Shown here: positions 58,630 to 64,000 of the stretch, one piece after another
How positions within the stretch are numbered: the stretch's first letter is position 1
How the letters are laid out: every line of letters starts with the position of its first letter
Assembly: GCA_016191785.1 (NCBI GenBank)
Contig: JACPVJ010000021.1
Coordinates: forward strand, 1 to 64,000
Source: Myxococcales bacterium
GTDB taxonomy: Bacteria; Myxococcota_A; Polyangia; Polyangiales; Polyangiaceae
Direction of reading: 5' to 3'
DNA: 64,000 nucleotides
Notes under the pieces: generated by a model
The model's input: only the letters and a program-made list of their open reading frames with translations
Databases searched by the model: none
Told to the model about the DNA's origin: nothing
Position numbers and translations under genes: made by a program

Positions 58630-59808
58630 TCAAGGTACGAGCACGGCGAGCGCCGCGCGGAGCACCGGCTCGGGACGAGGCTCGACCCCGCGCCGGCACA
58701 CTTCTTCGACGGCTCGCCGCGCCTCGCGCCGCTTGAACCCCGAGTGTGTCAGAGCCGCCAGCACCTTCTCGAAGACCTCCCCCACAGGTACACCGCTCGG
58801 CTTTCGACGCGTGCGAGCCTCCGCGACCTTCCGCGCGACGTGCTCCTCGCCGAAGACCTGTCGTGCTCGGTGAGCGTTGTGGGACGAGCAAAGCAAGCAG
58901 CAGTTTTCCGCCGTCGTCGGCCCGTCCAACGCGAAGGGATCGACGTGCTCGATGGTCAAGAATCGCTTCTCGGAGCAGCGTCTCCCCTCGGCGTCGACGA
59001 ACGTGCACTGGTGTTCATCCCGTTCCCTAACCGCGCGCTGAACCTCTACGGGCACATGTCGTGAGCCCGGCTGGGTCTCGCGGTGCTTGCGCGGCTTTCC
59101 CGCACCCGACCGCCGCTTCGTCTCGATGGCGATGAGCTCGTCGATGGCCCTCTCGATGAGGGTCGCAAGATCTCCGCCCGGAACGGCGTGGCTGAGCAGG
59201 TTCCTGGCGTGCTCGATCTTGTCACGCAGCGCGGTGCTGGCCGTGAACTCCACGCGGAAGCTCGCGGCCGAGAGCGGCTCGACCCGAGCCCGAGCCGCGG
59301 GGTCCGGCGGCGCCGGCGGCGGCCCCGCGCTACCTGTCCCGGACATTGTTGATAACTCCACCTGGACTGACCCGGGCACGCTCGGGGTGATGGTCGCCGC
59401 CACGTCGGGCCGGGGGAACCAGCAGGCGATCACCTCTTCGATCTGCCGCTTCGACTTGCCGCGGGCCTCGGCGAGGAGCCGGTCAGCGTTCTGTTCCGTG
59501 AGGTGCCCGGAGAGCAGAAACAACCCAGTCAGGTGAATGGCGCCGCTCGCGAGCTCGTCCAGAACCCGAGGGAAGCGGGGAACCAATCGGGCGACTCGCA
59601 CCCGCTTTGTCGCGCCGTCCTCGGAGTATCCCAGCCGCTCCACGCAGTACGAGAAGAGCGACGAGCACGCATCCTCGAGGTAGAGCCGACGGCGATCCAG
59701 CTCGACCAGATGGAAGATGACGTCGGCGGCGGCCATGCGCTCGGCACTGACGGCGGCCGTGAGTCGCTCGCGAAGCTCGCGATCGGAGATCGAGGAGAGA
59801 GCGTTCAT
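58630..59808 (-). CDS. HNH endonuclease domain protein (DUF222-type N-terminus), 392 aa
   Basis: HNH motif region HQCTFVDAEGRRCSEKRFLTIEHVDPFALDGPTTAENCCLLCSSHN; N-terminal DUF222-like helical region. Confidence 0.75.
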   Translation of the reverse strand: MNALSSISDRELRERLTAAVSAERMAAADVIFHLVELDRRRLYLEDACSSLFSYCVERLGYSEDGATKRVRVARLVPRFPRVLDELASGAIHLTGLFLLSGHLTEQNADRLLAEARGKSKRQIEEVIACWFPRPDVAATITPSVPGSVQVELSTMSGTGSAGPPPAPPDPAARARVEPLSAASFRVEFTASTALRDKIEHARNLLSHAVPGGDLATLIERAIDELIAIETKRRSGAGKPRKHRETQPGSRHVPVEVQRAVRERDEHQCTFVDAEGRRCSEKRFLTIEHVDPFALDGPTTAENCCLLCSSHNAHRARQVFGEEHVARKVAEARTRRKPSGVPVGEVFEKVLAALTHSGFKRREARRAVEEVCRRGVEPRPEPVLRAALAVLVP

Positions 59809-60295
59809 GCTTTCTCGTTACCACACGGTTTTTCGACCTCGCTGCTGACGCGCTGACCGCGTTTCGACGTCCCGAACACGTCGCGCGGCCTCGGTCCCGC
59901 GACACGCGATCAGCGAGCATCATGGCGCGACGGCGAGGCGGTCGGCGACGTGCCCGACGAAGCGCGAGCGCGAGTCGCCCCAAAGTGCGTCAACAAGAAT
60001 CGACGTGACGGCGCTCTTTTCCCGTTCGGGCGCTGAGACGTGCTCACGCGCCTCCCCCAAGAACGCGCTTCGTGGCACCCGACGGGGTGCGCTCGCACGG
60101 GATGCCCTCCGTCGTCTGCGGCAGCGCCGTGGGTGAGCAATCGCGCACCGATCTCCGCGTCTTCGCCCAGCCGCGGGGTTCACGCATCGTCCGCTCACCT
60201 GCCAACGACTAGTCGGACGCTGCCGAAGCCCGCCGCCGTTCTGCGGGCTACACCACCGCCTGTCCCCGGTCGCCGGGGATTCTCTGCCCCCCCGC

Positions 60296-61117
60296 TCACT
60301 TCCGTGCGCTGGCGCAGCCCACGTTGACGGTCAGCTCGAACTTGCCCTCGGACCAGTACTTGTCGATGGCGTCGCGGGTGTAAGAAAGGGGTTTCTCGAT
60401 CTCGATGCCGCCCAGCGACAGCGCGATCTCGGGCAAGATCAGCAGGCGGGTCACCGGATCTTCGACGAACGCGCGGCCGCTGTCGAAGGTGAGCACCACG
60501 CTGCGGATCTCGACGTCCACGTCGTCGAGGCCGCACGCCTCGATCTCTTCCGACAGGGTCTCGATGCTGTGCCGGGTCGCCATGGCTTCGTCCACGGTCT
60601 TGCCCAGATCACCGTCGTCGTGCTTGAGCGCGTACTCGCGGAACAGATCGCCGACCTCTTGGAACGAGCCGCGGAGCGGCAGCGCGACCAGCGCCTGGCC
60701 GTCGTCGCACAAGAGGCGATACATCTCGCGGTAGATCTGCGCGCGGTCGTGCGCCGAGCCGACGGGGTGCAGGCACACCGCATGGCTGAAGCCCCCAGCC
60801 TCGAGTCCCGTGGGCAGCTCGGTGCTCAGCAGGTACTCGACGGGCAACCCGGACTCGCCGAGCTTGCCCCGGGCCAGATCGAGCGCCGCCGGGGAAGGGT
60901 CGAGCCCGATGACCTCGGCCCGAGCCGTCAGCTCGCAGATCTGGCGATCCGGATAGCCCGTGCGACAGCCCAGGTGAACGATGCGCGCCCCTTCCCCCGC
61001 GAGGAGCAGCTCGAGGGAGAGCTCGCCGAAGAACGACAAATAGCGAGGGACCACGAAGGTCTCCATCACCGCCGCGTCGGCCGGGCTGAGCGGGCCCGAA
61101 GGGAACGTCACGCCCAC
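60296..61117 (-). CDS. Class I SAM-dependent methyltransferase (GTG start; possibly 61066)
   Basis: Motif I ARIVHLGCRTG and motif-II-like region; about 270 aa. Confidence 0.65.
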   Translation of the reverse strand: MGVTFPSGPLSPADAAVMETFVVPRYLSFFGELSLELLLAGEGARIVHLGCRTGYPDRQICELTARAEVIGLDPSPAALDLARGKLGESGLPVEYLLSTELPTGLEAGGFSHAVCLHPVGSAHDRAQIYREMYRLLCDDGQALVALPLRGSFQEVGDLFREYALKHDDGDLGKTVDEAMATRHSIETLSEEIEACGLDDVDVEIRSVVLTFDSGRAFVEDPVTRLLILPEIALSLGGIEIEKPLSYTRDAIDKYWSEGKFELTVNVGCASARK

Positions 61118-61218
61118 TCGCGTATCAAACCCGGGGGACCGAACGCAAACGTTCCGGCGGGGTGGGGCGGAAATGCGGACGGAATGGCCCGGGCCTGGTG
61201 CGGGGTTATGCTCGGCGC

Positions 61219-62058
61219 ATGCAGCCGCTGACCCAGGCCACCGCCCTGATCGCCGCGCTGGTCGCGCTCTCGCAGGCGGCCGAGCGAGGGCGCCCGCTGG
61301 TCGGGCCGGCGGCGGCGCGCACGCTGGCGGCGACTCCAGCGGCGTCGGCAGCGTCGCTGGCGGCCGCCTGTCCCGACGGCACCTTGCCCGATCAGGGGGT
61401 CTGCATCCCGGTGCCCGAGGGCTCCGCGGGCGGAGCAGAGCTCGCCGCGGAAGAGAACGCGCATCGCGATCGCAGCGGAGCCTGGCGCTTCTACGAGCAG
61501 ATCCCCCGCCGCCCCGAGCGCCCCGCCGACTACCGTCGCTATCGCTGGCCGGTGCCGCCGCTGCCCGGTCAGAACCTGGTGGTGAGCGGCTACGACCTCG
61601 ATCGGCCGGACGTGCAGCAGCGTCGCGGGGCGCACATCAAGGCCGTGGGCCACGGCGGGCTCGATCTGGGACAGCGCCGCGGCGCCGAAGTGCGCCTGGT
61701 GAACCTCGAGCACCAGACCGGCGACGCCGAGGTGCTGTTCGTGGGCGAGGTGTTCGGCAACTCGGTCGTGACCCGCCACTCGGTGCGCGAGGGCGACCGC
61801 CTGCGCGAGTACGTGATCGTCTACGGCCACCTCGAGGGGCCCGCGCCCGGCCTGAGCCGCGGCGTCAACCTGCGCGAGGGCTCGCTGCTCGGCTTCGTGG
61901 GCGACAGCGGCAGCCCCGGCGACGTGCACCTGCACTTCGAAGTCCGGCGCGTGCGCGACGGCATCAACGTGGCCTCGCTGGCCCCCGGCGAGCTGACCAA
62001 GAACGCCCGCACGGTGGCGTGCGACCCGCGAAACGTGATGCCACTCGCAGGACAGTAG
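61219..62058 (+). CDS. M23-family (LytM domain) metallopeptidase, secreted
   Basis: Signal peptide MQPLTQATALIAALVALSQAA; HxxxD and HxH motifs (HGGLDL; GDVHLHFEV). Confidence 0.8.
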   Translation: MQPLTQATALIAALVALSQAAERGRPLVGPAAARTLAATPAASAASLAAACPDGTLPDQGVCIPVPEGSAGGAELAAEENAHRDRSGAWRFYEQIPRRPERPADYRRYRWPVPPLPGQNLVVSGYDLDRPDVQQRRGAHIKAVGHGGLDLGQRRGAEVRLVNLEHQTGDAEVLFVGEVFGNSVVTRHSVREGDRLREYVIVYGHLEGPAPGLSRGVNLREGSLLGFVGDSGSPGDVHLHFEVRRVRDGINVASLAPGELTKNARTVACDPRNVMPLAGQ

Positions 62059-62060
62059 CC

Positions 62061-62753
62061 TCACGGCACCAGCTTGTACCCGTAGCCGTAGACGGTCAGG
62101 ATGTGCTCCGGTTTGTCCGGGCGCTTTTCCACCTTGCGGCGCAGCTTGACGATGAAGTTGTCGATGGTGCGGTTGGTGGGGTTGGCCTCGACGCCCCAGA
62201 TCTTGTTCAAGATCTCTTCCCGGCTGACGGGCTGCCCGGCGCGCTCGTTGAGCAGCCGCAAGAGCTCGACCTCGTAGAAGCTGAGCTGCTCGGCGCTCTT
62301 CTTGCCCGCCCGCTGCACCGTGTGGGCCGAGACGTTGACCGTGACCTCACCCACGCTGAAGGTGTTGTTCTCGATGGGCCGCGCGGTGCGGCGAAACAGC
62401 GCCCGGACGCGCGCCACCAGCTCGCCCACGCTGAACGGCTTGGTGACATAGTCGTCCGCGCCGGCATCGAGCCCGCGGATCTTGTCCGCCTCTTGGCTCT
62501 TGGCGGTGAGCATCAAGATGGGCACGAAGGCGTCCTGCCGGCGCAGCTCTTCGCACACCTGATAGCCGTTCATGTCGGGCAACATCAGGTCGAGCAACAC
62601 CACCTGGGGGCGCTCGGCTCGGGCCAGCACCATGCCCTCTTTGCCCGTGGTCGCCGTGACCACTCGGTAGCCCTCGAACGAGAGGGCGTCCTTCAGCCCG
62701 AGGAGGATGTTGGGCTCGTCGTCGATGACGAGGATGGTCTTCTTGGCCTCCAT
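62061..62753 (-). CDS. OmpR-family response regulator (receiver plus winged-helix)
   Basis: ILVIDDEP; phospho-acceptor D in LLDLMLPDMNG; C-terminal wHTH TVYGYGYKL. Confidence 0.9.
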   Translation of the reverse strand: MEAKKTILVIDDEPNILLGLKDALSFEGYRVVTATTGKEGMVLARAERPQVVLLDLMLPDMNGYQVCEELRRQDAFVPILMLTAKSQEADKIRGLDAGADDYVTKPFSVGELVARVRALFRRTARPIENNTFSVGEVTVNVSAHTVQRAGKKSAEQLSFYEVELLRLLNERAGQPVSREEILNKIWGVEANPTNRTIDNFIVKLRRKVEKRPDKPEHILTVYGYGYKLVP

Positions 62754-62878
62754 CCGCTCCGCGCGCATCGTACTCGGGTCGCCCGGGGACTCAACCGCCC
62801 AGGCCCGGCCACGCTCACGACAAAACGCCGCCGCGCGGAGAGCCGGGCCCTCCGCGCGGTGACGCAGCCGCTATCGGC

Positions 62879-64000
62879 TCAGTTCGCGCCGGCGTTGGCC
62901 AGCGGGGCGCCGAGGCACGCGATGAACACGGTCGAGCCCGAGGCCGGCGTGTTGTTTCCGCTGAAGATCAGCTGGCGCTTGGGGTTGCAGTTCTCCACCA
63001 AGGCGGCGTTGCCGATCCCCTGAGCCTCGTCCACGTAGCACCAGCCGAAGTTGTTCGGGTCGGCGCCGGTCTGCTCGCACTTCGCGCGGTCCTTCACGAA
63101 CTCGATCTTGCACATGCAGTACTTCGAGGGGTCGCAGCCGTCCCCCGTGCACTGGCCGGTCTCTTTCAGGCGGTTGATCACCGGCTTGACCAGCGCGGCG
63201 TCCACGTCCGACCGGTTGAGGTTCCCGTCGCACGCCCCGCACCCGCCGCCCGTGGCCTGCACCTCGACGATGGCGCACTGCGGAGTGGCGGCCGGGTCCG
63301 GCTTGCCGTCGGGCCCGGGCGGGAAGGCGATCGGGCGGTTCACGCACTGGCCGGCGAGCACTTCTTTCAGGCGCGCGATGATGGCAGCGACGGCCGGGTT
63401 GTAGCCGTAGCTCGGGTTGCCCTTGTCCGTGACCTTCGGGCAGATGCTGGCCACGATGCTGTTGGTGCCGAAGTCCTTCAACACCTCGAGGATGCGGGTG
63501 CCCGGGAAGGCCTTCGCATACTCCTGCAGCTTGGTGTAGCCGCCGGCGCCCTGGCAAAGCGGGTTGTTGGCGGTGTAGGTCGGCGTGCCAATGCCCGGGT
63601 CGTCGCAGTCGCAGCCGCCGGTGGGGCTGGTGCAGTCCTTGGCCTGGGGCAGCTTGAAGATGCAGGCGTACTGCAGGTCCGACTTTCCGTTGAGCCACTC
63701 GTGACCGTTGATGGGGTTGGCCAGGACACCGGCGCTCTCCGGAGCCAGCGCGGCGTTGAGAGCCGGGTTGTTCCCCACGCGCGGATCGCTCGACTCGATC
63801 ATCAAGGCGTCGTCGGGCTGATCCTTCAGGTTCCACTTGTCGCACATGGCGACCGGGCGCGGCAGCTTGTCGGTGGTCGGCTTCTCACAGGTGGGCACCA
63901 GCCAGTCCCAGCGGCCCATCTCGGTCAGCTTGTCCGCCGACAGGTAGTCCAGCTTGTTGGGGTCGTTGAGCGTGGCTTCCGTCGCGATGTCCTGCCAGGG
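62879..64000 (-). CDS. Cys-rich secreted protein, 5'-truncated by the window edge (reading frame remains open to 64000)
   Basis: At least 370 aa with about 24 Cys; frame open beyond the track's ATG at 63919. Confidence 0.55.
   Translation of the reverse strand, partial: PWQDIATEATLNDPNKLDYLSADKLTEMGRWDWLVPTCEKPTTDKLPRPVAMCDKWNLKDQPDDALMIESSDPRVGNNPALNAALAPESAGVLANPINGHEWLNGKSDLQYACIFKLPQAKDCTSPTGGCDCDDPGIGTPTYTANNPLCQGAGGYTKLQEYAKAFPGTRILEVLKDFGTNSIVASICPKVTDKGNPSYGYNPAVAAIIARLKEVLAGQCVNRPIAFPPGPDGKPDPAATPQCAIVEVQATGGGCGACDGNLNRSDVDAALVKPVINRLKETGQCTGDGCDPSKYCMCKIEFVKDRAKCEQTGADPNNFGWCYVDEAQGIGNAALVENCNPKRQLIFSGNNTPASGSTVFIACLGAPLANAGAN

Noticed and set aside
59483-59983. 166-aa minus-strand ORF and several small plus-strand ORFs in 59083-59536
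   Set aside because: They overlap the HNH gene out of frame or lie in its leader; Arg-rich with no support.

Overview
64 kb window of very high GC (about 70%), with gene content that looks like a myxobacterial (Myxococcota) chromosome. Abundant Gly/Ser-rich-linker lipoproteins and several Ser/Thr kinases support that guess, but no rRNA is present so the taxonomy is tentative.

The core of the window is a complete division/cell-wall (dcw) cluster on the minus strand, running mraZ-rsmH-ftsL-ftsI-murE-murF-mraY-murD-ftsW-murG-[repeat]-murC-ftsQ-ftsA-ftsZ from 37458 down to 20046. Nearly every junction from mraZ to murG has a start/stop overlap (ATGA, GTGA or ATGA-type), murC/ftsQ also overlap by 4 nt, and murB and ddl are absent.

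Immediately downstream of ftsZ lies an accessory island: a zeta-toxin-like P-loop kinase with a small overlapping upstream ORF, a divergent MntA/HepT pair, and an atypically long (862 aa) GlmS-like amidotransferase. The murG-murC spacer carries a three-copy tandem repeat of about 100 bp (hairpin plus hexanucleotide tract). MraZ-type TGGGN boxes sit upstream of mraZ.

Upstream of the dcw cluster is an odd operon of penicillin-acylase-family protein, rsmE, a secreted Lys-rich-tail protein and a standalone B12-binding domain. Elsewhere the window holds a tamA/tamB pair followed 15 nt later by a 1289-aa kinase-AAA-TPR protein, two SPFH/flotillin proteins, a DUF389 protein, a YhhQ transporter, a GH43 lipoprotein, several Cys-rich lipoproteins, an HNH/DUF222 endonuclease, a methyltransferase, an M23 peptidase and an orphan OmpR regulator.

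No rRNA, tRNA or CRISPR array was seen. Coordinates follow the ORF track; start codons were re-picked from signal peptides, ribosome-binding sites and operon overlaps, and are uncertain by a few codons in places.
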